From the NCBI GenBank assembly GCA_964016885.1, contig OZ024744.1, positions 62,310,001 through 62,374,000 of the forward strand: DNA of 64,000 nt, in the 5' to 3' direction. The first letter of the stretch is position 1. The number at the start of each line of letters is the position of its first letter. This DNA is from Eledone cirrhosa. Lineage: Eukaryota. Under the pieces are notes generated by a model. The model was not told the DNA's origin. It did not search any database and saw nothing but the letters and a program-made list of their open reading frames with translations. The translations under genes and the position numbers were made by a program. Below are positions 29,723 through 42,860 of this stretch, piece after piece.

Positions 29723-31006
29723 TATGTGTGGGGGGGGGGGGGTATGTGTGTGTGCGCGCGACTGGAATTTACGAGAAGCTTTGTCACATTGCCGGCTCCG
29801 TAGATAAATACCACCACACAGATATATCAGCCCATCCATCTATACATACATACATACATACATACATACACGATATATATAAACATTCATCAGTTCATTC
29901 ATGTGTACATAGAATACATAGACAATAGATACACACACACTATTATATATATATAGAGAGATATATTATATATATACACATATATATAGAGAGATATATT
30001 ATATATATACACATACACATATAAAAACATACACATACATTTTTGTGTATTACGAACGTGTTACGTGTGTTGACAGTTGTAAAAGTGAAATATTTCGGCA
30101 CCCAGCAGCCAACCCGTTCGTTAAAGGAAAGAAAAAAAGAAAATCTATTTATTGGCGATTAATAACAGCGTAAACTATGCAATTATATAGAATGGCAAAT
30201 GTTCTTTAATTAAGTGAATTAAGACAACAGTCTAATGACTGAAACCAGTAAAACTATATATATATATATATATAGGTGTGGATACAAAGGAAAGAAGAGT
30301 AATCATCACAATGTAGAAATGGAATATTTATATTTACACACACATACACAAATATATATAATTACCTATATATATATTTCCATACATATATATTTACACA
30401 CATAAGTTTATATATATATATATATATATTTTAACTTACCTCAGACATGGTAACCACCAATTGTAACCAGCATTGAGAAATAAAGATTTGGTTTGAAGTA
30501 AACACAAACACTAATAACAACAATAATAACTTTCCACTAATGAATTTTCCTTAATCTTCCCATTGTGTAGTTAGACAATAGTCAAATGTTTGTGTCAGGC
30601 AGAACACAATAATTTGTTAGACATAGTTGTTGTCATTCACGTATTTCTTTCTGTCAAAGCTGGATATACATTGAATCTAATGTAGTGACAATTATCTATT
30701 ATGTATGTATGTAATAATTAAATTCGTTCATTCAGTAAAAACTCTTGTCGATGCTATTATTTTGTGTTTCGTTGGAAAATTATTCAATTAATTATCGCAC
30801 ATTTATAAACTGTGGTGTCATTTCATTCGGAGATGAGTAGCAGGTTGGGTGGATATATATATTTGGCTGGTGTTTCTTCACTACGTCGTTACTCCGAGTT
30901 TCTTGGTTTTTGTGGAGCCTTTCTTGTAATTTATTTAACACTCGATTCTCTCGTTTGAACTTCCCAAACGTATTAGTAGACTATCATCATCACTTGTTTC
31001 CTGAAT

Positions 31007-31047
<41 letters not shown>

Positions 31048-31239
31048 TAACCTTTTAGAGTACAACTTCTAATTTGACCGTCGTTTTTCTATTGACTTCA
31101 GTCATCGGCAGAATTTCCATACGGCTCACTGTCTCATTTGTAGGCAATACGCTCCTTTGTGGTGAATCAAGTTCACTGACAGACAGTTTTTTTATGGCTA
31201 AATGTTGACCCGTTTATTGTATTTTTTTTATTTTATAAC

Positions 31240-31350
31240 AGAACTGATGACAACCGGAAGTCGACAGGTAGCAGTTGAGAGCGGTAAATGTCATACTTGC
31301 TGTGATTGGTTCTGTAATTTTATACTATACACAATAATCACGCGTTGGTC
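31240..31350. promoter_or_regulatory. possible promoter (ETS CCGGAAGT, CCAAT box on -, CpG-containing unique DNA)
   Basis: CCGGAAGT at about 31254 and GATTGG at about 31304 in non-repetitive sequence, upstream of a minus-strand ATG plus splice donor at 30448-30434. Confidence 0.3.
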
Positions 31351-31870
31351 GATATCGTTATTGATTGATCTCCTTATATAAGACGTATGTTAAACCAGCT
31401 TTCATTAGTAGACGAGAATGTCTATTTACTGCATTACCGTCGTAAGTTTAAAATAGAAAAATGGAGAAAAAATAATAAACATAACCACACAACCGGGTAA
31501 ACAGTACGTAATCGCTCGATTTGCTAAAAATAACAGCCAAATGTCGCATCCTACCATGTCAAAAACAGGACCCATTGGATAACATAGTCATATATGTCCT
31601 GTTACGAATGGAATGTCTTCGATCATAGGTTGCTCGATCGTAGTTGTCCTAAGACAAAACAACAGTTAAATTTCTTTCGAACCACACCCTGCCGACTTTT
31701 TTTTACGTTATGATTAACTGGATGGTCATGATTGGAACGTCTTTAATCATAGGTATTCAGTATTAGGACTGAGTTGCTGATTAACAACTATCTATTCGAC
31801 CGGCATTTAAAACCGAGTTACCTTTCCTGGTGTGGGTTCAAATCCCACCTCTGACAACCACCTTGTTAGG

Positions 31871-32140
31871 TGTGGACATGGTTGAGTGATTAAGGAGTTC
31901 GCTTCGCAACTAGTTGGTTCTGGGTTCAGTTATGCTGCGTGACACCTTGAGCAAGTGTTTTCTCTTATAGTTTCAGGATGACCAATGCTTTATGAGTGGA
32001 ATTTGGTAGACGGAAACTACAGAAGCCCATTACATATATATTTATGTGTGTCCATGTCTCTGTTTGCGTCTGTGCCTGTATTTATATCCCGTAATCTAGC
32101 GGTTCGACAAAGAAAAGATATCGATAAAATAATTACCAGG
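31871..32140 (+). mobile_element. degenerate tRNA-derived SINE
   Basis: TGGTTGAGTGATTAAG A-box-like, GGGTTCAGT B-box-like and CCTTGAGCAAGTG core. Confidence 0.55.
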
Positions 32141-32261
32141 AAACGATTAAATCAAGGCGATGACTCAAACAATTAAAAGAATATATTTAGAAAAGATATC
32201 TTATATTTTATATTAATATTACCGAATTATCAGCACCTCCAAGGTGTATATATGTATATAT

Positions 32262-32458
32262 ATAACGAAGGAAATCTGGTAAGGAACCAGATGGACCATA
32301 ACGCACCAAAGTACTCAATACTTAGGGTAGTAGAGTGGGTAATAGGAACGAGTAGGACCCCGACGGCTGAGCTCAAGCCGTTTCGACGGCTAATTTTGGT
32401 CCAGAATTAGCCGTCGAAACGGCTTGAGCTCAGCCGTCGAGTTTCTACTCGTTCCTAT
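32262..32458 (-). mobile_element. fold-back fragment of the 13541-14640 element (3' half of its hammerhead duplicated in inverted form)
   Basis: 58-bp arms 32342-32399 and 32401-32458. The sequence matches 14510-14640. Confidence 0.75.
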
Positions 32459-32727
32459 ATATATAATATATATATATATGTTTTTACATTCATTTAATTT
32501 ATTAATTTATTAATTTATTATTTGAGTGACCCGAATTTTCCTGGTCGTTTTTTTTCGGCTGTGCGAATGATTTTAGGCATCGTCTCTATGTGTTGGTATT
32601 TTAACGATAGTTATAGCTCTGGTTTATCCAAAACTATTGAGCCCTCTGCCACACATGTCGAAGATTGTTTATTGTTATTTCGTGGGCCGAGATTCTGATT
32701 CTCGATTATTTACTTATATATATATAT

Positions 32728-32803
32728 ATTAGAAAATAGAATAGCTTTCACCGTATTTTTTTTTAGTAAAAAAAATACGGTGAAAGCTATTCTATTTTCT
32801 AAT
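32728..32803. repeat. near-perfect palindrome next to (TA)n
   Basis: ATTAGAAAATAGAATAGCTTTCACCGTATTTT...AAAATACGGTGAAAGCTATTCTATTTTCTAAT. Confidence 0.85.
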
Positions 32804-32892
32804 TTCAAACCTGCTCACTGTTTCTAAACATACTTACTTGTCATATATATATATAGGTGTGCATGTGTGAGTGTGTCTATATCTTATTATTA

Positions 32893-34450
32893 TTCTATGA
32901 GACTGGGGTCATCCTGGCTCAGTCATCCTAGAGGAATCACCATACATAGAGCCAACCAGGTCCACCTGTACCTTCCATCGCTGGCAGTCCAGTGCCAATC
33001 CCTCTGCATCCTCGAAGGTGACATCAAGCTTCTGGAGATCTCCCTTGATGACATCCAGCCATTTGGTGCAGGGCCTGCCACAGGGCCTCTTCCAGACTGT
33101 AACTGCTGCATCAAATGAGAGTAAGACCCTGGTGGGATAATCTGGTGGCAGGTGGAGGTCATGTCCATACCAGTGCATTGAGTAGATGGCTATGAGGCAG
33201 GGGGTTGTGGACTGATGCATGTGTGCATACAACTCTTTATTGGAAATGTGGTGGTACCATCTGATGTTCTCGATGGTCCTCAGGGGGCTCTGCTATCAAA
33301 GCCGTTGATCCTCTTTGCCTAGGTCTTTGTGAGGGGCTATGTTTCTGTTCCATATCCATAGAGAACAGAAAGGACTTACATGTTGTAGATATGGAGCTTC
33401 ATCTTCCAGGAGATAGAGCAATGGCACCAAAGGGGCTTCCAGAGGGTGTGCATGACCCCAGCGGTCAGACTACATCTGCAGTTGATCTCCAGAGTCAGGT
33501 CTTCATTGTTGGTGACTGTCAAGCCCAGGTAAATGAAGGAGCTGACAAACCCCACAATGTTGGAGCCAATATGAAGAGGGGGGAAAAATCCAAACCATTG
33601 CTGACATGCATCAGCTTGGTCTTCAACCAGCTCACCTCCCAGTATATGGTCAGTGTGTCCTTGAGCAGATCAATCGAGTTGCTGAATAGGGTGGTGTCAC
33701 CCATGTACTCCAGTTTGGTGACGTGGTAGTTCCCAAAGGAAACTCACTCACTGACCTTGGTCATCAGATAGTCAATGACACAGTTGAAGAGGTCAGGGGA
33801 AATCACGTAGACATGTCTAACCCTGCTGTTTTTTCCTCAGGGGTGGGTGCTTGGTCAGCCATGTTGAAAGCCACCATGAGGTCAACAAAGGTGACGTAGA
33901 GGCTGTGATTTCTGTAGAACTCCATAGATCTTATAATAATGAGATGGAGGGCAGAAATATGGAAGGCAGTAGATCGATTTGGCATGAATCCAGCTTGTGG
34001 GTGATGTCTGCTTCTAATGGCGGTAAGTACACAGCTGATGAAGATCTTGGGGAAGATGTTGCTTGGGATGGAGAAAAGGGTGATACCCCTGTGGTTGTTG
34101 CAGATGAGTTTCTCACACTTGTGTTTCCAGAAGGGGAGGATGATGCCCTGGGTCCAGTTATTTGGGAGCCACTCTGACACCCATACATCGTTGATGATAC
34201 GCGGGTGAGCCACTGGATCATGTGATCTTCGCCTGCCTTCAATATCTCCATGGTGATAATGCAGATGCCAGGGATTCTACGTTTGTTGGGCTTCTTTGGG
34301 GAGGCTCTGGCTTCATCTCAGGAGTGACAAGATCGAATCTGCAAGTATTTTTGGCTGCAGGTATGTCTGCAGTTATGGCTTGACAGGGATTGATTGGGAT
34401 GGGTGGGTGATGAACAAGAAGGTTGAAGTGCTCCTTCCAGCATTTGAGGC
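32893..34450 (-). mobile_element. old degraded RTE-like LINE
   Basis: WTQGIILPFWK.K...CNNHRGITL.SIP, QAGFMPNRST, FVDL..AF and WKRP.GRP..KWLD, with a (TAA)n tail. Its 3' end is repeated at 48343-48465. Confidence 0.8.
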
Positions 34451-34520
34451 AGGTGGTTTCTACGTATATCTACATGCAGATTTATGTATTTGATGGTTCT
34501 ACTTGCTTATTTATATATAC

Positions 34521-34551
<31 letters not shown>

Positions 34552-34553
34552 CG

Positions 34554-34584
<31 letters not shown>

Positions 34585-34714
34585 GAAAAGAGTCAGGACC
34601 TCGACAGCTGAGCTCCGGCCATCTCAACAGCTAGATCCCTAAGTATCGAGTACTCTGATGCGTTGTGGTCTGCCTGGTATCTTACCACACCCTCTTTGTT
34701 ATATATATATAATA

Positions 34715-35047
34715 GAGGCACATGGCTTAGTGGTTAGGGTATTGGTCTTGTAATCGAAAGGTTGTGAGTTCAATTCTCAGACCGGGTGATGTGTTGTTTC
34801 CTTGAGCAAGACACTTTATTTCACATTGCTCCAGTTTTCTCAGCTGTAGAAATGAGATGATAGGGACTGGGGTCCCTATCATTCCACTGCAAAGTGATCG
34901 TGGAGGTGCCACAGCAAAAAAGCACCCAGCACTCACTGTAAATGAGGTTGGTGTTAGGAAGGGCATCCAGCTGTAGAAATCAAGCCAGAATCACAGAATC
35001 AGTTCCTGTCCCACCCTTGCAAGCAGGGAAAAGCAGACGTAAAATGA
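34715..35047 (+). mobile_element. tRNA-derived SINE family C with RTE-type tail
   Basis: TGGCTTAGTGG A box, GAGTTCAATTC B box and CCTTGAGCAAGACACTT core. The tail matches LINE 21711-21750 with one mismatch. Confidence 0.85.
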
Positions 35048-35182
35048 ATATATATGTATGTATATATTGACCCCCTTTAATTTGAATGAATTATCCATTT
35101 ACCCCCCCCCCCCCCCCAGTGGAATGACAATTAAAAGAGAGAAATGATTATATTTGGAGTATATATTGTGTTTATAAAGAAA

Positions 35183-35558
35183 TCTATATATAAATTTAAG
35201 TGACTTCCATTCATCTGTCCATCACACAATGTGTGTGTGTATGTGTGTGTAAAAGGAAGGAGTGGGTGGTGAAAAAACTGTAGCAAAACAGCGGCTGGTG
35301 TTCCATTTGCTACGCTGTTTGTGGGTGTATGTGTGTGTTTGTATAAATGTATGTGTATGTGCTTGTGTGAATCTATGTGTGTTTGTGTGAACGTATGTAT
35401 TTCTGCGAATGTATGTCTGTGAGTGTGTATCTTTGAAAGTGTGTCTGTGTTTGCACGTTTATAATTATATACTCATAATATAAATGTATGTATATGCACA
35501 CATACACACACGCGCACACATATACACATATGCATCAGCGTATTGAAAAAGATCCTAG
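35183..35558 (+). mobile_element. non-autonomous Helitron-like element, family H2
   Basis: A|TCTATATATAAA...CTAG|T termini, three copies in the window. Confidence 0.65.
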
Positions 35559-35921
35559 TAATTAAAATTTTCAATTTAGCTAGCTCACAGACCAGACCCT
35601 ACACTGGGAACCGCAGCTTTAAGACTACATTCACAGTATCAGTAGAACGTCATCCTTACAGGGTCGATAAAATAAAGTACCAGTAATGCACTGGGGTAAT
35701 TGCTGGCCTTGTACCAAAAACTAGAAACAATTATCTAATGTATTCTGCCCCTTTTAAAGATGTTGGTGTGCAATTTAAGGGAGAGAGATTTTACTGTTGT
35801 TTCTAGCAACTTGAGTGCCTACATAGAAGCTATCATGCAAATGTGTGCCCTTCTGTGTTATTGTTATTCTTTTTCTCTCTCCGATTAATTTCTATTCATT
35901 TGTTTCTTTTGTAAATCATAG

Positions 35922-36291
35922 TCTATATATAAATTTGGATGACTTCCATCCATCACACAATGTGTGTATGTGTGTGGGTTTGTGTAAATGTATGTGCGTA
36001 TAAAAGGAAGGAAAGGGATAGTGAAAAAAACTATAGTAAAACAACAGTTGCGTTTCATTTGCTACGCTGTGTGTGAGTGTATGTGTGTGTTTGTATAAAT
36101 GTATGTGTATATGTTTGTGTAAATGTATGTATGTGCTTGTGTGAATGTATGTTTGTGAGTGTATTTTTGTAAGTGTGTCTGTGTTTGCGCGTTTATATTT
36201 ATATACTTATACATATAAATGTATGCATATGCACACATACACACATGCACACATATACACATACGCATCAGCATGTTGAAAAAGATTCTAG
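35922..36291 (+). mobile_element. Helitron-like family H2 copy
   Basis: TCTATATATAAATTT...TTGAAAAAGATTCTAG|T. Confidence 0.65.
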
Positions 36292-36689
36292 TTATATAAA
36301 TGTACAAGATGTTTAATATTGGTTCAAATAGGAGCCTTACTTTTGGTTTACTATTTACAAGAATTTTTAGGAGAAAGTACATATTAACATTTTGCTGAGC
36401 ATGAATTACAGGGGATATGGGGGAAGGGAGCAAACAAATGAATAAGGATGGCAGGAAGTGGGAGTTGTGTTTGAACTATAAACATATGGTTGGTTGTATT
36501 GCTTATTTTACATACAAAGAGATGAATTTCTAGTGGTTATGTTGGTACAGAAATATTGTCTAATTTTTGTGTTGTCTCAAGGGAAATATAAACCTCAGCG
36601 ATTTAAAAGAAACAGATGGCCAAATGAGAAATTTCTGCCTGGTACATTGACATATCTCATACAATATGTTTGAACTATATTAAACAAAA

Positions 36690-37012
36690 ACGATATGGTT
36701 ACATTGAAAGAAGGTAAAATACATAACTTATTCGTGTAGATGTCACAACAAAAAGCACCCAATCCATGCTGTATAGTGGCCGTGTAGGCGATATGGTGAA
36801 AAGCTCCCAGCCCACACTGTAAAGTGGTTGTGTAGGTGACACAACAAAAAGCACCCCAGTACACACGGTAAATGTAGTTGGTGTTAGGAAGGGCATCCAA
36901 TCGTAGAAACCAAGCCAAATCAATTCTGTGTGAGTGAATCACTTGTCCCCGACCTGATCCCTCCCAAAGAGACAGCCCATCCTACCCATGCTAGTGTGGA
37001 TGATGATGATGA
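36690..37012 (+). mobile_element. RTE 3'UTR or SINE-tail fragment
   Basis: AAAAGCACCC...GTTGGTGTTAGGAAGGGCATCC...CCCATGCTAG followed by (GAT)n. Confidence 0.6.
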
Positions 37013-37084
37013 TTCATTTATCAGGAAAACTTTGGCTGATGTTCCTTACAACAATGCCTTTGTTAAGTTTTTAACCTTGAGTCC

Positions 37085-37350
37085 ATGACAAAAAATCCCA
37101 CTGGACAGAAACCCCATCAGACAAAAATACCAGGACAAAAACTGCAGGACCAAATCACTAAATCCCTACTTTACCAGACAAAAATCCCACATAGTAAAAA
37201 AAATAATACAGTATTTAAATATATATCAAACAAATTACATTTTATAATGTTAACTATTAAAATCTATAAATAGATTTTGTTTTCTCTTTTGAGTTTTGTC
37301 AAGTAGGAGTGGGAATTTTATTCTAGGGGTTTTGTTCCATGGAGGTTCTG
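37085..37350. mobile_element. possible foldback/MITE remnant with GACAAAA-CCC subrepeats in inverted arms
   Basis: Repeated GACAAAAATCCC-like units on the left and GGG..TTTTGT units on the right. No clear TSD. Confidence 0.35.
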
Positions 37351-37685
37351 TTTATATTCCTTTCACTTCTTTCCCCACCGCACAGTAAATTTCACAGACT
37401 TCTTAGGTAATCATTGAGAAGGTTACAGGATGTGTGACAAAAGTGCTTTCACAATTAAAAATAAATATGGCAATTAGACAACCACCCGGCTACTAAACTA
37501 ACCAATAAATGGATTTGTTACTTGAGTAATAATAAACTGAAGTGAAACTCAACTGGTATGTGTGTTTTTATTGGCAACATGACCCTTCCAAAATATAACA
37601 ATATCTGCTTCAACAAACAATTTCAATTCAAGAATCTTGCAAAACAAATACAAAAATGATGTGGGTGTGTGTATATATATATATA

Positions 37686-38018
37686 GGCACATGGCTTAGT
37701 GGTTAGAGTATTGGCCTTGCAATCAAAAGTTTGTGAGTTCAATTCTCAGAGAGGGTGATGTGTTGTTTCCTTGAGCAAGACACTTTATTTCACATTGCTC
37801 CAGTTTACTCAGCTGTAGAAATGAGATGATAAGGACTGGGGTCCCTATCATTCCACTGCAAAAGTGGTCGTGGAGGTCCAACGGCAAAAAAGCACCCAGC
37901 ACTCACTGTAAATGAGGTTGGTGTTAGGAAGGGCATCTAGCTGTAGAAATCAAGCCAGAATCAGTTCCCGTCCCACCCTTGCAAGCAGGGAAAAGTGAAT
38001 GCAAAATGAAATGATGAT
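37686..38018 (+). mobile_element. SINE family C
   Basis: Near-identical to 34715-35047. Confidence 0.85.
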
Positions 38019-38076
38019 ATATATGTATGTATGTATATGTATATATTCATCTAATAGTTAAATAGTGCATATTGTT

Positions 38077-38163
38077 ACTCTGGAGTTCCACCTGTTATCA
38101 CAGGGTCATCAGACAAAAGTTCTTGTCTGATGACCAAGTGATAAACAGGTGAAACTCCAGAGT
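38077..38163. repeat. imperfect palindrome with a degenerate hammerhead-like core
   Basis: ACTCTGGAG...TCATCAGACAA / TTGTCTGATGA...GAAACTCCAGAGT. Confidence 0.6.
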
Positions 38164-38253
38164 TAGACTCATTATTTAGACTTAATAAAATTAATATTAA
38201 AGCTCTACTTTGATATTGAGTACTGTTTTCTCTCAGCTGAGAACCAGATATGG

Positions 38254-38636
38254 ATCATCATCATCATCATCATCAACGTTTAACGTCCGTGTTCCACGCT
38301 TGCATGGGTTTGGACGGGGGTAGTCCCACTTGAGGCAAGAGTGATTGTCTTGCTCGCATAGGACTGTCTGGCAGGTTTTCTACAGTTGGATGCCCTTCCT
38401 AACACCAACCACATTTACAGTGTGGGTCTGGGAGGTTTTTACCGTGTTGCCTACACGGCCACATTACAGCGTGGACTGTGTGTTTTTTTGTCGTGACACC
38501 TACACGATCTCATTTGTTTCGGCCTGGATGGTGTGGCACCAACACAACTTTACATAGAACGGGGTGGCGTGGATGGGGGGGGGATTTTGTTAGAGATGCC
38601 TACTGGCTGTAGTAGGTTTTACTATGTATTTAGGTA
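38254..38636 (-). mobile_element. RTE LINE insertion consisting of 3'UTR only
   Basis: Near-identical to 25387-25790, with a (GAT)n tail. Confidence 0.85.
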
Positions 38637-38685
<49 letters not shown>

Positions 38686-38705
38686 CATATATACATATAT
38701 ATATA

Positions 38706-40365
38706 TCATCATCATCATCATCATCACCGTTTTACGTCCGTTCTTCCACGCTAGCATGGGTTAGACGGGTTGTCCTGTTGTGGGCAGTGTCTGGTCGGCT
38801 GACCATGCCTTGCTCATACAGGAACTGATCTGGCTTGATTTCTACAGCTGGATGCCCTTCCTAACACCAACCTCATTTACAGTGAGTGCTGGGTGCTTTT
38901 TTGCCGTGGCACCTCCACGACCACCTTGCGGTGGGGGGGGGGGGGGGCATATTGTTTATATGCTTCAGCATGTACCCATGGGAGGTCGGGTACCCTGTAT
39001 TACTGCGTGACGCCAGAAGTCACGGTCGTGTGTCATTGACTTTGAGAGGTGTAGTTGGGTAAGGTCGGCTTTTATCACCTCATCCCAAGTCATCTTGGGT
39101 CTCCCCACTCCGCGGTTTCCATCAACTTCTAGTGCTCTGCACCTTTTTATGCAGCTGTCATCCTTCATACGCATCACATGTCCATACCAGCGTAACCGCC
39201 TCTCCTGCACGCAGCATTTGATTCCTCTTATGCTCAGTCTCTCTCTCAATTCATTTATGCTTTGTCGTTCACGTATATTACTGTTACACATCCATCGGAG
39301 CATGCAGGCTTCGTTTCTCTCTAATCTACGTAAGTCTTCCACCTTCAGCGCCCAGGTCTCACTACCATGCAACATCGCTGTTCGGATACACGCATCATAC
39401 AGTCTGCCTTTCATTCTGAGGGAGAAGCCTTTTGCAGCTAGCAGTGGTAGTAGTTCCCTAAACTTCTTCCATCCCGTTCTTACCCTAGTTATTGTACTTT
39501 CTGAGCACCCACCTCCGTTGCTAATTCGGTCACCTAGGTAGCAGAAGCTGTCTACTGTTTCTACAGGGCCCTCCCAGAGATTGGTGGTACTTGTTTCCTG
39601 TGGCTGTTTGCTTGCTGTTTCAGCACAGCTGCTGCATGTGAATCCTACATTCTTAATTAAGCTTCCTGAGATCCCGCTACATCTCTTGTGTACCCATTGT
39701 TTGCATTTGGGGCAAAGAATGGAGTTCCTACCTACACCTTTCCTACATACTGAGCAAGGCCATTTCCCTGAGGGGATCTGGGTTCTGTTTTCTCGTCTAC
39801 TTATAAGGACCTTAGTCTTTGTCATGTTGACTTTGAGGCCCTTTCTCTCTAGTCCCTGCTTCCAGGTTTGGAATTTATTCTCTAGTTCTACCATAGATTC
39901 AGCTATGAGTGCGAGGTCATCAGCATACAGGAGTTCCCATGGGCATCCGGTCTTAAACTCCTCCGTTATTGCCTGCAGGACTATGATGAACAGGAGAGGG
40001 CTAAGAACAGAGCCCTGGTGGACCCCAACCTGTACGCTAAATTCCTCGCTATACTCATTGCCAATCCTAACTTTGCTGACTGCTCCCCTATACATGGCTT
40101 GTACCGCTTTCACAAGCCATTCATCTACTCCTAGTTTTCTAAGAGCCCACCAGATTACTGCACGTGGAACTCTGTCAAAGGCTTTCTCAAGGTCGACAAA
40201 TGCCAAGTAGAGTGGCTTACTTTTAGCTAGGTACTTTTCCTGTAATTGCCTCACAAGGAAGAGCGCATCAGTGGTGCCTTTCCCTGGAACAAACCCAAAT
40301 TGCATCTCGTCTATATTCACCCGGTCCCTAATCAGCTGTGCTATAACTCTTTCTGTTACTTTCAT
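38706..40365 (-). mobile_element. 5'-truncated RTE LINE with an open RT frame
   Basis: ORF 38965-40365 contains [27 protein letters not shown], a PHD-like finger and RRLRWYGHV. (GAT)n tail. Confidence 0.93.
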
Positions 40366-40399
40366 ATATATATACATATATATAAAGAATAAAAAGAAT

Positions 40400-40563
40400 A
40401 ATTGTTTCTATTTTAGGCACAAGGCCAGCAATTACCCAGTACATTACTTTATTTTATCGACCCCGTAAGCAAAGTTAACCTCGGAGGCATTTGAACTCAG
40501 ATCATAAAGAGACGTAACTATATGCTTCAAAGCATGGTGTCTGACTCTCTACCGATACTGCCA
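40400..40563 (-). mobile_element. SINE family A
   Basis: The reverse complement matches 58-226. Confidence 0.75.
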
Positions 40564-41589
40564 GAATGTAAAGAATAATAAACACCAAAGAGTCGATAAG
40601 CTGTCAAACTAACACATGTTTCAACCAAGAGAGATTCATCTCGAGGTTGTAAGCTTATAAAATCAAGAACCTCAAAATTTTCTTAAGAAGAAAGAATTTT
40701 TATCTAAAGTTCCATTATGATTTTATACTTCAATCATCAGAAATAGGCTTAAAATCGGTATCATCAGAGTTTTTTCACATAGGATATCAGTTTATATACA
40801 GATCAATAAATCAATGAATCAATAATGGAAGTGGCAACAATATCAATATATAGATATACAGAAAAAGTTACAAATTCATTTACAGAAGTACTAAAGTAAC
40901 CAGGTTTACTTCACCAGAAGACGAGTATATTATACTAAAAGTGTGCTTTAATGGTTTAGAAAGTGAAAAGCACCATCAAGAGTATAATGTATATGTTTTT
41001 GTTTTACTGTGTTGTCAGAGTAGGAGAATAATGCGAGGTGTTTAATAGCATAAATAATAGCAAGACTGTTATTATTAAAGTTATATATATATATATATAT
41101 ATGTATACATATATATCCTCTCTGTAAGGTAACAGGACAAAAGACCACCTGTAATTTATTGAAATACAATTGGAGAAAAGCGGAGTTTGAAATCTATAAA
41201 ACAGACATTTTTATAATGACTATGTAAAAATAAAGAAAAAAACATTGAGCTGAAAATCCAGCTTAATTTCAGTTCTAAATTAAAGACATTTCACTATATT
41301 GACATCAATTGTGCCCTTGAGAAGAAAAAAAAACTCCTATAACTCAAAGTATATTTACTTATTTCTCATGCGTCTATATTTTATTTTGATTGAAACATTA
41401 ACCAGAATTCTCCAATCATCATCATCTGCTTGAGCTTACTTGAATTCAGTTATTTAAAATTCTCAGTAGCTTAGTGACATTGATGGTCCCAAATCCTATA
41501 AATGTTTGCAGTAATACACTTTGGAAACTTGCTAATTCTGGCCATTGACCTCGGAGAGATTCCTCTGCCCAGGACTATAGATATTAGCA

Positions 41590-42180
41590 GCAATACACTT
41601 TGGGAAATTGGTGATTCTGGCCATTGACCTCTGTGAGGTTCCTCTGCTCAATATAGTGTGACTGTCATAGTAACTTAGTGACATATATTGTTGCCAGGTC
41701 TATAAATGTTAGATATTTGGTGATCTTGACCACAGAGAGGTTCCTCTGCCCAACACAGTGTGACTGTCACAGTAACTTACTGACATCCATGGTTGCTAGG
41801 TCTATAAATGGTGGAAATTTGGTGATCCTGACCACAGAGAGGTTCTTCTGCCCAATATAGTGTGACTGTCATAGTAACTTACTGACATCCATGGTTGCTA
41901 GGTCTATAAATGGTGGGAATTTGGTGATCCTGACCACAGAGAGGTTCTTCTACCCAATATAGTGTGACTGTCATAGTAACTTACTGACATCCATGGTTGC
42001 TAGGTCTATAAATGGTGGAAATTTGGTGATCTTGACCTCAGAGAGGTTCTTCTGCCCAATATAGTGTGACTGTCATAGTAACTTACTGACATCCATGGTT
42101 GCTAGGTCTATAAATGGTGGAAATTTGGTGATCCTGGTGTTTGACTTCAGTGAGGTTCTTCTGCCCATTATAGTGTGAGT
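41590..42180. repeat. minisatellite, 102-bp unit, about 5 copies
   Basis: GTGTGACTGTCA recurs at about 41655, 41758, 41860, 41962 and 42064. Confidence 0.9.
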
Positions 42181-42239
42181 GTTAATGTTGGTCAATGGAT
42201 GACTCTTTCAATAAGATTGTACATCCACCATGCTGTTTC

Positions 42240-42860
42240 CCAGGGTTCCCCATGTAACCCTAGGCTGGGTGGCTACCTGGGGCTATGCCTTGCTAATTGA
42301 CAGCATGACTGTTGACCTGAGAGAGAGGTTCCTTTACAATGGATGGTGCTGAGATTGAACACCCACTATTCTGTTTCCTATGTAACCCTAGGCTGGGTGG
42401 CTACCTGGGGCTATGGCAGCATGACTGTTGACCTGAGAGAGAGGTCCCTTTACAATGGATGGTGCTGAGATTGAACACCTACTATTGTTTCCTATGTAAC
42501 CCTAGGCTGGGTGGCTATGCCTTGCTAAATGACAGCATGACTGTTGACCTGAGAGAGAGGTTCCTTTACAATGGATGGTGCTGAGATTGAACACCTACTA
42601 TTCTGTTTCCTATGTAACCCTAGGCTGGGTGGCTACCTGGGCTATGCCTTGCTAAATGACAGCATGACTGTTGACCTGAGAGAGAGGTCCCTTTACAATG
42701 GATGGTGCTGAGATTGAACACCTACTATTCTGTTTCCTATGTAACCCTAGGCTGGGTGGCTACCTGGGGCTATGCCTTGCCAAAGGTAATCCTGCCCTTG
42801 ACCTCAGAAAGACATTCCTTCACTGTTGGTCAGTAGATGATGCTGAGATTGTACTTCCTT
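42240..42860. repeat. minisatellite, ~113-129-bp unit, about 5 copies
   Basis: GTAACCCTAGGCTGGGTGGCTA recurs at about 42254, 42383, 42496, 42615 and 42741. Confidence 0.9.

Noticed and set aside
41590-42860. CRISPR-like array
   Set aside because: The units are contiguous tandem repeats without unique spacers, there are no cas genes, and the context is eukaryotic.
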